A stretch of 64,000 bases of DNA, taken from contig JAZSIF010000044.1 of NCBI GenBank assembly GCA_045533675.1, positions 5,254-69,253 of the forward strand. Direction: 5' to 3'. Under the pieces are notes generated by a model. The model ran no database searches. It saw nothing but the letters and a program-made list of their open reading frames with translations, and had not been told where the DNA came from. Source of the DNA: Eubacteriales bacterium (GTDB lineage Bacteria; Bacillota; Clostridia; Oscillospirales; CAG-272). Shown here in pieces: positions 36,840-45,889 of the stretch (position 1 is its first letter; each line of letters begins with the position of its first letter). The translations under genes were made by a program, and so were the position numbers.

Positions 36840-36982
36840 GACAAACCTCACTTCCATAAAAATGAAATCAATATATTATACTATATATTTGCCAAAAAAT
36901 CAAGTGGGAAGACAAATTTCACTTGCGTTTCGGAAGAAAATGTGATAGAATAGAGACATGGATGAAAGCGGGGGGCAAGACC

Positions 36983-37429
36983 ATGAAGCACGTAGATATT
37001 TATACCGACGGAGCCTGTCGGGGAAATCCCGGTCGGGGGGGCTATGGAGCCATTCTTGTATTCGGGAGCAAGGAAAAGGAGCTGTCGGGGGGAGAGGCAA
37101 TGACCACCAACAACCGCATGGAGCTGATGGCTGCCATTGTGGCTTTGGAGGCGCTGAAGGAGCCCTGTGACGTGACCCTCACCTCGGACTCCAAATATCT
37201 GACCGATGCCGTCAACAAGGGCTGGCTCTTTGCGTGGAAGCAAAAGGGCTGGGTCAAGGCGGACAGGAAGCCCGTCCTCAACGTGGAGCTATGGGAGCGT
37301 ATCGACCGCCTCCTCTCCATCCACACCGTTCGCTTCGTGTGGGTGCACGGACATCAAGGACATGTGTACAACGAACGCTGCGACGCGCTCGCCACCGCTT
37401 TCGCGGACAGCTTTTTGGCGAGGGAGTAG
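36983..37429 (+). CDS. rnhA: Ribonuclease HI
   Basis: ORF track 36923..37429. [25 protein letters not shown] catalytic motifs. An alternative start at 36962 is possible. Confidence 0.9.
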   Translation: MKHVDIYTDGACRGNPGRGGYGAILVFGSKEKELSGGEAMTTNNRMELMAAIVALEALKEPCDVTLTSDSKYLTDAVNKGWLFAWKQKGWVKADRKPVLNVELWERIDRLLSIHTVRFVWVHGHQGHVYNERCDALATAFADSFLARE

Positions 37430-37487
37430 TGGGTGGAGTTGGTTGAGATGGATGGGATGGAATAGAATATTGTATATCTGTGAGGAA

Positions 37488-37530
37488 GAAATCCGTCGGC
37501 ACCTTTGGCGCCACCGACGGATTTCTTTTT
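37488..37530 (+). terminator. Rho-independent terminator (same arms as the F1 hairpin-1 module)
   Basis: GAAATCCGTCGG (37488-37499) pairs with CCGACGGATTTC (37514-37525), followed by T5. Confidence 0.85.
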
Positions 37531-37600
37531 GTAAAATGTTGGGATAATCTACCTTTCTCCGAGGCATAATAAGAAAAAATCCATCATGAGGAGAAGCATT

Positions 37601-39727
37601 GTGAAATCCCAACGCCAACATCACATTTACGCACCGCTCAAGGGCAGGATCATTCCCTTGGAGCAGGTTCCCGACAGCGTTTTTTCAGAACGGATTCTCG
37701 GGGACGGATGTGCCATTCTCCCCGAGGAGGGGAAAATTTTCAGCCCCGTGGACGGCACGGTATCCTCGGTGGCTGAGGCAAAGCATGCCTATGGATTCCT
37801 GTCGGAGGACGGTACCGAGGTTCTCGTTCACTTCGGGCTCGAAACGGTATCTCTCAAGGGAGAGGGCTTTGTAACCCATGTCAAGGAGGGCGACTCGGTC
37901 CGTGTAGGAGACCTGATTGCCGAGGTCGACCTGTCCCTTTTGGAGGAGAGGGGGATTTCCTCTATGACCCCCGTTCTTGTTTGCAACGCCCCCAAGGAAA
38001 GTGAGATCGAGCAACCCTCGGACAGGGCATCGGTGGGCGAGACCCTCTTTTCTCTGTCCGAGAAGCGAAAGAAAAAGGAAGGAGGAGAGGGGCGCTCCCG
38101 TGCCTTTGACTTCTTGCAGCGTCTTGGGAAGGTCCTGATGGTCGTCATTGCCGTTATGCCCGCGGCGGGACTTGCCATCAGCCTCGGAAAGCTGATTGCC
38201 TTGGCGGGAGCTGACGTATCCTTTCTGGTTTCCGTGGGCTCGGTCCTCGAGAGCATCGGATGGGCGGTCATCGGAAATCTCCACCTGCTCTTTGCCGTCG
38301 CCATCGGCGGTTCCTGGGCAAAGGACCGAGCGGGGGGAGCCTTTGCCGCCGCTCTGACCTTTATTCTCATCAACAACATCACAGGCGCGCTCTTCGGTGT
38401 GACCTCGGAGATGCTTGCCGACCCCGAGGCGACGGTACAGACCATCTTCGGACAGACCATTGCGGTGGAGGGGTATTTCACCTCGGTCATGGGCGCTCCC
38501 GCGCTGAACATGGGTGTGTTTGTCGGTATCATTTCGGGCTTTATCGGCGGGATCCTTTACAACAAGTATTACAATTTCCGCAAGCTGCCCGACGCCCTTT
38601 CCTTCTTCAACGGCAAGCGCTTTGTGCCCCTGGTGGTCATCCTTTGGTCCCTCGTTGCCTCGCTCATTCTGTCGGTGGTATGGCCTCTCGTTCAGCACGG
38701 CATCAATTCCTTCGGCGTGTGGATCGCAAGCTCGGCGGATACGTCCCCTGTGTTAGCGCCCTTCGTGTATGGCACGCTTGAGAGATTATTGCTCCCCTTT
38801 GGACTCCACCATATGCTGACCATTCCCATGAACTACACCTCCTTTGGCGGCTCCTACGAGATCCTTACGGGTGCATCGGCGGGTACGGTGGTGTTTGGTC
38901 AGGATCCTTTATGGCTGGCTTGGATCACCGACCTCATTAACTTCAAGAACGCGGGGGATATCGCCTCCTACGAAAATCTCCTGGCAACGGTCGTCCCCGC
39001 CCGATTCAAGGTAGGACAGATGATCGGCGCCACGGGGCTTCTGCTCGGCGTGGGACTTGCCATGTATCACCGTGTGGAGCCCGACAAGCGGCGGCGCTAC
39101 CGCTCGATCTTCTTGTCGGCGGGACTGGCGGTCTTTCTCACGGGTGTTACCGAGCCTCTCGAATTTATGTTCATGTTTTGCGCCATTCCTCTTTATATCG
39201 TTTACGCGGTCCTGCAGGGATTTGCCTTTGCCCTGGCGGGGCTTGTGAATCTCCGACTGCACTCCTTCGGAAACGTGGAGCTTGCCACCCGATTGCCTAT
39301 TTCCCTTGAGGCGGGGCTGCTGGGTGACGTGATCAATTTCGTTATTGCGTCGATCGCTTTCTTCGTCATCGGCTATTTTGTGGCGCGGTTTATGATTGGA
39401 AAATTCCGCTACGCCACGCCCGGCCGTCTCGGAAATTATTTGGACGAGGGAATCTCGGCAGAGCCCTCGGAGGGAGGGACTGCCCCCTTGGGCGACAGCC
39501 AGCCCGCAAGGATCATCGGGCTGCTTGGCGGCAGAGAAAATATTGTCGTCGTGGATGCCTGCATGACCCGATTGCGGGTGACTGTGAAAAATCCCGATCT
39601 GGTCGCCGATGCCGACGCGTGGAAAAAGGAGGGCGCCCTCAGTCTTCTTAAAAAGGGAGACGGGGTGCAGGCGGTGTACGGACCCAAGGCGGACGTCCTG
39701 AAATCCGACATCAACGATCTGTTATGA
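37601..39727 (+). CDS. PTS glucose/maltose-family transporter, fused IIA-IIC-IIB
   Basis: ORF track 37586..39727. AGGAGA sits 6 nt before GTG 37601, and ATG 37586 has no RBS. N-terminal EIIA-Glc domain (HAYG, VHFGLETV), central Glc-family EIIC, C-terminal EIIB (VDACMTRLRV). Confidence 0.88.
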   Translation: MKSQRQHHIYAPLKGRIIPLEQVPDSVFSERILGDGCAILPEEGKIFSPVDGTVSSVAEAKHAYGFLSEDGTEVLVHFGLETVSLKGEGFVTHVKEGDSVRVGDLIAEVDLSLLEERGISSMTPVLVCNAPKESEIEQPSDRASVGETLFSLSEKRKKKEGGEGRSRAFDFLQRLGKVLMVVIAVMPAAGLAISLGKLIALAGADVSFLVSVGSVLESIGWAVIGNLHLLFAVAIGGSWAKDRAGGAFAAALTFILINNITGALFGVTSEMLADPEATVQTIFGQTIAVEGYFTSVMGAPALNMGVFVGIISGFIGGILYNKYYNFRKLPDALSFFNGKRFVPLVVILWSLVASLILSVVWPLVQHGINSFGVWIASSADTSPVLAPFVYGTLERLLLPFGLHHMLTIPMNYTSFGGSYEILTGASAGTVVFGQDPLWLAWITDLINFKNAGDIASYENLLATVVPARFKVGQMIGATGLLLGVGLAMYHRVEPDKRRRYRSIFLSAGLAVFLTGVTEPLEFMFMFCAIPLYIVYAVLQGFAFALAGLVNLRLHSFGNVELATRLPISLEAGLLGDVINFVIASIAFFVIGYFVARFMIGKFRYATPGRLGNYLDEGISAEPSEGGTAPLGDSQPARIIGLLGGRENIVVVDACMTRLRVTVKNPDLVADADAWKKEGALSLLKKGDGVQAVYGPKADVLKSDINDLL

Positions 39728-40557
39728 GAAAGAGAATGACCATGAATATCCACTCTCACGGGGGAGCGGATGACGGATATAAGCAAAAGGAGCTGGCGGA
39801 GTTTCTTCTGCGGGAGAGCCCCTCTGTGGTGGCGTTGCAGGAGGTCTGTCAGACAAGAAGCGCCCCTGTCCGTGAGCCGCCGAGGGGCTTTCGTGTGATG
39901 GGGGAGGAGATCCCCCTGCGGGAGGACAATTTTCTCTTAGGGCTCTTTGATCTTCTTGGGGGAGAATACGAGGCGGTGTGGCTTCCCGTCAAGGTAGGCT
40001 ACGGCACAAGAGACGAGGGGCTGGCGCTTCTCACCCGCTTTCCCGCGGGAGAGGCGAGGGAAATCCTCCTGACTCCCTACCGTCCCTATGAGGACTGGAG
40101 ACGGCGCTCGGCGCTGGCTGTCTCTGATCCCTCGGGCAGGGAATGGACGGTGTCCTTGCACATGAGCTGGTGGGAGGAGGGCTTTCTCTTGGAATGGAAT
40201 CGGCTCTCCGCCTCCCTTCGCGATGCGCCCTCGGTTTGGCTTATGGGAGATTTCAACCTGCCCTCTTGGCAGATGGAGAGGGAAGGGGACCCGCTTGCCC
40301 GTGAGGGCTATGCCGATGCCTTTTCCTTGGCAAAGCGGCGGGACGAGGAGGATACCGTGCTCCCTTATGCCGACGGTTGGCGGGAGCGGTCGGCGGGAGC
40401 GGACGGTTTGCGGATCGACGGGATCCGATGCCGCCCCGCTCGCCCCGTTCTCAGGTACCGCAGGATCTTTGACGGAAGAGAAGAGCCTGTCCTTTCCGAC
40501 CATTTTGGAATTATGATCGAAACCGAGGAGGATGAAGATGAACACAAACGCTCGTAA
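39724..40557 (+). CDS. Endonuclease/exonuclease/phosphatase-family protein, candidate maltose-6'-phosphate phosphatase (MapP-like)
   Basis: 277-aa ORF with ATGA overlap to the PTS stop. EEP motifs ALQEV, GDFN and SDHFG. The MapP call rests on context only. Confidence 0.7.
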   Translation: MRKRMTMNIHSHGGADDGYKQKELAEFLLRESPSVVALQEVCQTRSAPVREPPRGFRVMGEEIPLREDNFLLGLFDLLGGEYEAVWLPVKVGYGTRDEGLALLTRFPAGEAREILLTPYRPYEDWRRRSALAVSDPSGREWTVSLHMSWWEEGFLLEWNRLSASLRDAPSVWLMGDFNLPSWQMEREGDPLAREGYADAFSLAKRRDEEDTVLPYADGWRERSAGADGLRIDGIRCRPARPVLRYRRIFDGREEPVLSDHFGIMIETEEDEDEHKRS

Positions 40558-42040
40558 AGCGGGAGTCCTGCTCCCCGTCACCGCTCTGCCGTCTCCCTTT
40601 GGCATTGGGTGCTTCTCAAAAGAAGCTTATGAATTTGCGGACGCCTTGGCGGAAAGCGGACAGAGATATTGGCAGGTGCTTCCGCTTTCCCCCACCTCCT
40701 TTGGCGACTCTCCCTATCAATCCCCCTCCGCCTTTGCGGGGAATCCCTATTTCATTGACCTTTTCGGTCTTGTGGAGGATGGACTCCTTTCACGAAAGGA
40801 ATGCGAGGAAGCCCTTGGGGACGCGCCCGAGGATTATGTGGACTACGGTCTGCAATATGACAAAAGACTCCCCCTTCTGAAGCTGGCGGCAAGCCGCTTC
40901 CGAGAAAGGGAGAGCGAGGAATATCGAGAATTTTCAGAAAAGAATCAGGGCTGGCTTGACGATTACGCCCTCTTTATGGCACTGAAGGACTCCCTTGGGG
41001 GGCTTCCCTTGGCGCAATGGGAAAAGGGGCTTCGCCTTCGTGATCCGCAAGCGATTTCCGAGGCAAGGAAAAGACTCTCGGAGGAAATGGAGGTCTATCG
41101 CTTTCTCCAATTCCGCTTTTTTGAGGAATGGGGGCGGCTGCGGGCGTATGCCAATGAGAGGGGAATTCGTATCATCGGCGACCTGCCCATTTACGTCTCG
41201 GCGGACAGCGCGGACGTGTGGGCAAACCCCGAGCTCTTTTTACTGGACGGGGAGGGAGCGCCCCTTCGTGTGGCGGGCTGTCCCCCCGACGATTTCAGTG
41301 AGGGCGGTCAGCTTTGGGGCAATCCTCTCTACCGTTGGGACGCCCATCGGAGAGAGGATTACGCTTGGTGGCTTGCCAGACTTTCCCAAGCCTTTGAGCT
41401 CTTTGACACCGTGCGGATCGACCATTTCAGAGGCTTTGATTCCTACTATTCGATCCCCGCGGGGGACCCCGACGCAAAAGGAGGCAGATGGGAAAAGGGA
41501 ATCGGCGACGAATTTTTTCGCGTGGCAAGAGAGACGCTGGGCGAGAGGGAGATTCTTGCCGAGGATCTTGGCTTTACCACCGACTCGGTACGGTCGCTTC
41601 TTGAATCCTGTGGATTCCCCGGCATGAAAATCCTGCAATTCGGGTTTGGGGGAGAGGAGGGAGAGTATTCCTCGGAGGACCTGCCCCACAATTACCCCGC
41701 TCATTGCGTTGCCTACACGGGTACTCACGACAACGCTACCCTTTTTCAATGGCTCTCGGAGGCATCCGAGAAAGAAAAAAACAAGGTGCGGGAATATCTT
41801 TGGACACGGGAGGAATCCGTGAGGGCGCTTTCGGAAAGCCTGATTGCCGCCCTCATGCGCTCTCCCGCCGAGCTCTGTGTGGTTCCCTTACAGGACTACC
41901 TTGGACTTGGGAAGGAAGCCCGAATGAACGTTCCCGCCCGAGCCGTGGGAAATTGGCAATGGCGGGTGAGAGCGGAGGAACTGACAGAGGAGCTCCGGGA
42001 AAGGATTCGGAGATATTCAAAAATCGGCGGGAGGAGTTAG
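40538..42040 (+). CDS. malQ: 4-alpha-glucanotransferase (GH77), paralog 2
   Basis: ORF track 40532..42040. GAGGAGG ends at 40531, so ATG 40538 is favoured. GH77 motifs: NPYFID, RIDHFRG, AEDLG, TGTHDN. Confidence 0.92.
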   Translation: MNTNARKAGVLLPVTALPSPFGIGCFSKEAYEFADALAESGQRYWQVLPLSPTSFGDSPYQSPSAFAGNPYFIDLFGLVEDGLLSRKECEEALGDAPEDYVDYGLQYDKRLPLLKLAASRFRERESEEYREFSEKNQGWLDDYALFMALKDSLGGLPLAQWEKGLRLRDPQAISEARKRLSEEMEVYRFLQFRFFEEWGRLRAYANERGIRIIGDLPIYVSADSADVWANPELFLLDGEGAPLRVAGCPPDDFSEGGQLWGNPLYRWDAHRREDYAWWLARLSQAFELFDTVRIDHFRGFDSYYSIPAGDPDAKGGRWEKGIGDEFFRVARETLGEREILAEDLGFTTDSVRSLLESCGFPGMKILQFGFGGEEGEYSSEDLPHNYPAHCVAYTGTHDNATLFQWLSEASEKEKNKVREYLWTREESVRALSESLIAALMRSPAELCVVPLQDYLGLGKEARMNVPARAVGNWQWRVRAEELTEELRERIRRYSKIGGRS

Positions 42041-42192
42041 TTGGGGAGGTTAGTTGGGCATAGGAGAGGACGCGGGGACGCGGTCGCTTTTGAATAAGCT
42101 CCGCAAAACTTTTATTACAAATTATTTTTTGGGGTCCTACAATATCTCCTATTCCTTGTGTTCCGTGTAACTGAATGTTTTTTTCTAAGGTA

Positions 42193-42244
42193 GAAATCCG
42201 TCGGACTGCGAAGCTTACGCACGCCACCGACGGATTTCTTTTTT
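42193..42244 (+). terminator. Terminator hairpin (F1 hairpin-1 module) after malQ paralog 2
   Basis: GAAATCCGTCGG (42193-42204) pairs with CCGACGGATTTC (42227-42238), followed by T6. Confidence 0.8.
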
Positions 42245-42282
42245 GGAAAATAGTTTTTACGAAAGAGGGATTTGCCCCCGCC

Positions 42283-42527
42283 GTGTCATCTTGAGCGGAG
42301 CAAACCATCCGGTGAATGGTTTGCGTAGTCGAACCCGACGAAAGGAGGGCAACGAACCTCCAGTGAGTTGAGATCTCGGCGGATCGGTCGTTTTATGAAA
42401 TATAATCTTTGCGGAAGAAGGATTCGGATAAGGCTTTGGAGATCCCATCGTCGCCTGCGGCTCCTCGGTTTTGGATCGGCTCGCCGAGGCTCCCTCACCA
42501 AAACTTCGGCTTCGCTCAGGATGACAC
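42283..42527 (+). mobile_element. F2 element copy 2 (nested in F1)
   Basis: Same termini as copy 1, with 72 nt of identity at the left end and a close match at the right end (a few substitutions plus a 10-nt indel). Confidence 0.6.
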
Positions 42528-42672
42528 ATGAAGGAATGAAAAGTATAATCTATACGGTACACAAGGAATAGGAGATATTGTAGGACCCCAAAAAATAATT
42601 TTCGGAAAAGTTTTGCCGCGCTTTTTCAAAAGCGCGAAAAAACCTATTATCAACTAACTCCTCAACTAACCT

Positions 42673-43305
42673 CTACCTATAATCAAACCTCGACCCAATC
42701 TCCTGTGGCAGGTCCTTGCCGTAGCCCAGCTCAATGATTTTGGCGCGGAGGGATTCTCCCTCGGTGGCACGGACGGCGTAGCGGATACATACGTCGGCGG
42801 CGAAGTCGGTGCTGTCAATGAGCGCGCCTGCCGCGGCGAGAACCACCTGATATTTCCCGTACTCGGAGTAGCCGCAGCGCAGCTCGTATTCGGTGTAGGG
42901 CTGATAGGTAATGATGCCCCCCGCCTCAATGGCAAGGGATGCCGCGTGGGAGTAGGCGCGTACCAGTCCTCCCGCTCCCAACAGAGTCCCTCCGAAATAG
43001 CGGGTTACCACCACGGTCACGTTGCGCACTCCGCTCTTACGGATCACGTCGAGGACGGGCATTCCCGCCGTTCCTTGCGGCTCGCCGTCGTCCGAGTAGC
43101 GGGCAACCGCCTCGCCCCGCATCAGATAGGCAAAGACGTTATGGGTAGCGTCCTGATACTCCTTTTTCAGTCTCTTGACGAATGCCTGCGCCTCCTCCTC
43201 CGAGTCGGTTCGCAGCGCGTGACCGAGAAAGACCGAGCGCTTTTCCTCAAATTCTACGTGAGCCTCCTCACGGATTGTGGTAAAAAAATCTATATTCTCA
43301 CTCAT
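42673..43305 (-). CDS. yigZ: YigZ/IMPACT-family protein
   Basis: 210-aa ORF with KRSVFLGH..HNVFAY..DDGEPQGTAG..TRYFGGTLLGAGGL motifs. Confidence 0.9.
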   Translation of the reverse strand: MSENIDFFTTIREEAHVEFEEKRSVFLGHALRTDSEEEAQAFVKRLKKEYQDATHNVFAYLMRGEAVARYSDDGEPQGTAGMPVLDVIRKSGVRNVTVVVTRYFGGTLLGAGGLVRAYSHAASLAIEAGGIITYQPYTEYELRCGYSEYGKYQVVLAAAGALIDSTDFAADVCIRYAVRATEGESLRAKIIELGYGKDLPQEIGSRFDYR

Positions 43306-43318
43306 GGTTTTATCCTTA

Positions 43319-44197
43319 TCACTTTTTGATCATGCCGAGAAGCACTTGGGGAAGGGCGTCAATAAGATCACTTGCCATCACCGAATATTCGGTCAACGCT
43401 TCGGACGCCAGCTCGCCGCAACGCCCGTGGAGATAGACCCCGAGTCTTGCCCATATCAGCGGGTCGGACTCTTCCCGCAGACCGCCCGACAGAAGACCGC
43501 CGAGGATTCCCGAAAGCACGTCTCCCGAGCCCGCCGTCGCCATGCCGCTGTTGCCCGTCTTGTTTTCGTAGATCGTTCCCTTGCCGTCGGTTATGAGGGT
43601 GCGGTGTCCTTTGAGTACACAGACCGCTCCCGTTTGTTTGGCAAGAGCGGAAGCAGCCCCCGCGCGATTCGCCTCTACTTCGTCCGCGGTCCAACCCAAA
43701 AGCCGTGCCATCTCCATGGAATGGGGCGTCAGGATCGCTCCCTCGGTGTACTTAAAGAGAGAGGGATTCTTTGCCAAAAGATTCAAGGCATCCGCATCCA
43801 GCACGCGGGGCTTTTCCGCGCGGCGGAGCAAAAAGGAGAGAACGCGACGGGCGGCGGGAGAGGTTCCCATGCCGCAGCCGATCACCAATACGTCCGCCCA
43901 TTCCTCGGCTGCCGCCACGGTGTCAAGGTCTGGGTTGTCCCCGTCATAACCGCAAAGCAGAGCCTCGGGCAGAAGGGTGGCAAGAATCGGCAGGTTTTCC
44001 CGAACGGTCAATATCCTGCAAAGTCCCGCTCCCATGCGGTAGCATGCCTTAGCCGCAAAATAGGCGGCACCCGCCATGTCACGGCTTCCCGCCACCAGAA
44101 GCACCTTGCCGAAGGTCCCCTTGTGGGAGTTTTCTGACCGACGGGGGAGCAGGGAGGAATCTATCTCGTTGTCCAAAATCAAAGCGGTGTCGTTCAT
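43319..44197 (-). CDS. nnrD: ADP-dependent NAD(P)H-hydrate dehydratase
   Basis: 292-aa ORF. HKGTFGKVLLVAGS and GCGMG motifs, with a YjeF C-terminal-domain-like sequence. Confidence 0.9.
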   Translation of the reverse strand: MNDTALILDNEIDSSLLPRRSENSHKGTFGKVLLVAGSRDMAGAAYFAAKACYRMGAGLCRILTVRENLPILATLLPEALLCGYDGDNPDLDTVAAAEEWADVLVIGCGMGTSPAARRVLSFLLRRAEKPRVLDADALNLLAKNPSLFKYTEGAILTPHSMEMARLLGWTADEVEANRAGAASALAKQTGAVCVLKGHRTLITDGKGTIYENKTGNSGMATAGSGDVLSGILGGLLSGGLREESDPLIWARLGVYLHGRCGELASEALTEYSVMASDLIDALPQVLLGMIKK

Positions 44198-44316
44198 GGA
44201 GCGCTCCTTTTTTGCAATTCTGTTGTTATTTTACCACATTTATAAGGGAATGTAAAGAGAGTTGCCCGTGATTTTTCCCAAAAAAGAAGTTTATGAAAGA
44301 AAATTCCAAAAAACAC

Positions 44317-44345
44317 TTGACAAGAGAACGAAAATCAATTATAAT
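44317..44345 (+). promoter_or_regulatory. Sigma-70-type promoter for yceD-rpmF (TTGACA-17-TATAAT)
   Basis: TTGACA at 44317-44322 and TATAAT at 44340-44345. Confidence 0.65.
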
Positions 44346-44432
44346 GTGTAATGTCGCATTTTATGTCATCAAAAAAATGCGAGAAATTCGGATTCGGACG
44401 TGCCACCGATCCGAGCGGAAGGAGTGCGGTGT

Positions 44433-44966
44433 ATGATCGTGGACGTTTCTCCTCTTCTTAGCGGAGAGGTCAAGCAGCTGGACATTGATTATATGCTATC
44501 CCCCCAGACGCTGGACGGAGTGGTTTTTGAATCGGATGCTCACGTCACGGGCTGTATCACCGATCGCGCGGGATATATGCGCCTGACGCTGAGGGCTGAG
44601 CTGAACTATCACGGCGAGTGCGCGAGATGTCTTGCTCCTGTTGACGGAGTTTTCTCTCTTGACTTTGAGCGTACGGTTGCCACCGAGGGAATGCTCACAG
44701 ACCCCGATGCCGAGGAGATGCTGGACGAATACGTGGTGCTCCGCAAAAACGAGCTGGACGTGGACGAGGCGCTCAGAGAGGAGCTGCTCTTGGGATTCCC
44801 CATGAGATTGCTCTGCGACGAGGACTGTCCCGGTCTTTGCCCCAAATGCGGAAAGCCGAGAAGAGAGGGCGATTGCGGTTGCTCCGAGCGTGAGATCGAC
44901 CCAAGGCTCGCCGTTCTCAAGAATTTCTTTCATGACGAGGATGACGAGAAAGACGGAAGCAATTAA
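44433..44966 (+). CDS. yceD: YceD-family (DUF177) protein
   Basis: ORF track 44400..44966. AAGGAG RBS before ATG 44433. C-terminal CxxC..CxxC. Conserved position upstream of rpmF. Confidence 0.88.
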   Translation: MIVDVSPLLSGEVKQLDIDYMLSPQTLDGVVFESDAHVTGCITDRAGYMRLTLRAELNYHGECARCLAPVDGVFSLDFERTVATEGMLTDPDAEEMLDEYVVLRKNELDVDEALREELLLGFPMRLLCDEDCPGLCPKCGKPRREGDCGCSEREIDPRLAVLKNFFHDEDDEKDGSN

Positions 44967-45013
44967 ATTTATATAAACGAAAGTGTTATACACGCTTCAA
45001 GGAGGTGTAGATA

Positions 45014-45199
45014 ATGGCAGTACCGAAGAAGAAAGTATCGAAGGCTCGCAGAGACAAGAGACGCTCCAACGTATGGAAGCTCACCCTTCCCGGCATCAAC
45101 AAGTGCCCCAAGTGCGGAGAGTACGTTAGAAATCACTGCGTTTGCAAAGCTTGCGGATATTACGACGGCAAGGAAGTGCTCAAGGTCGAGAGCAAATAA
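45014..45199 (+). CDS. rpmF: 50S ribosomal protein L32
   Basis: 61-aa ORF with AAGGAGG RBS. MAVPKKKVSKARRDKRR plus a CxxC..CxxC zinc ribbon. Confidence 0.95.
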   Translation: MAVPKKKVSKARRDKRRSNVWKLTLPGINKCPKCGEYVRNHCVCKACGYYDGKEVLKVESK

Positions 45200-45259
45200 T
45201 TCAAAAGAGAGCGGCTTTGTTTCCATAACGAGCCGTTTTTCTTTTCATGAGGAAGTCTT

Positions 45260-45877
45260 ATGACGATCAAGCAGTTTTTGAAAACGGGAGCTGTCCTTTT
45301 GGCGGCGGCGCTCCTCGCCCTCTTCCTGCTTTCCTGCGCCGAGGAAGAGCCCGCTTCGCGGGCACCCTACGACGAGGAACGCATGTCGGACTATCTTTGC
45401 CCCGTCACCTACAAGGACTTGACGGTCACCGTGTCCGAGAACGAATCGAGGGGCGGGGCGGTATGGCGCGCGGTCCTTTCGGGAGTCACCGTCAGGGAAT
45501 ATCCTGAGGAGCAGGTGGCGTACTACCGAGAGCAGATTCAAAGACAGTATGAGTACCTCGCCGACCGCGAGGACATGAAATACGAGGACCTGCTCAGCCT
45601 GCGGGGGATGACCGAGGAAGCCATGCTGGAAAAAGCCCGTGACATGGTCAAGAGCGACCTTGTCTTTTTGTGGGTCGCGCGGGATGCGGGTATCTCGCTG
45701 TCCGAGGCGGAGAAAAGCGTCCATTACGACCGTTACGCGGACAAATACGTGGAGCGCCACGGCTATGACCGAGCCTACGTGGACGCCAATCTGCGGGAAG
45801 AGGTATATGCCTCCATGCTCTTCGATAAGACCATGGAATATCTGATTCTCCACAATTCATTGCAAGAAGAAGCATAG
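45260..45877 (+). CDS. Lipoprotein, unknown function
   Basis: 205-aa ORF. Signal peptide with lipobox LLS-C. Helical acidic body vaguely like trigger-factor/SurA chaperone modules. Confidence 0.7.
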   Translation: MTIKQFLKTGAVLLAAALLALFLLSCAEEEPASRAPYDEERMSDYLCPVTYKDLTVTVSENESRGGAVWRAVLSGVTVREYPEEQVAYYREQIQRQYEYLADREDMKYEDLLSLRGMTEEAMLEKARDMVKSDLVFLWVARDAGISLSEAEKSVHYDRYADKYVERHGYDRAYVDANLREEVYASMLFDKTMEYLILHNSLQEEA

Positions 45878-45889
45878 AAAGCAACAGTC

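Larger units (their letters stand above)
42083..42636. repeat. F1 intergenic repeat, composite copy with about 78-bp inverted arms and a nested F2 element
   Basis: Arms at 42083-42161 and 42559-42636. They include a perfect 37-bp inverted repeat (42125-42161 vs 42559-42595). Hairpin-1 module at 42193-42244 and F2 at 42283-42527. Confidence 0.85.

Noticed and set aside
37586-37600. ATG 37586 as the PTS gene start
   Set aside because: There is no Shine-Dalgarno sequence upstream, whereas AGGAGA lies 6 nt before the in-frame GTG at 37601. The ATG remains a possible alternative and adds only 5 residues.
31051-42040. Two malQ genes as a recent duplication or assembly artefact
   Set aside because: The proteins share only family motifs and differ through most of their length. 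They also sit in different operon contexts, so they are old paralogs.
42257-42562. ORFs inside F2 copies (30636..31085, 42257..42562, 42286..42501, 52007..52330) giving CHPERSRSF../RSRRRRW.. peptides
   Set aside because: The same peptides arise only because the repeat is translated. The frames differ between copies and indels break them, there is no RBS, and the copies occur in both orientations.
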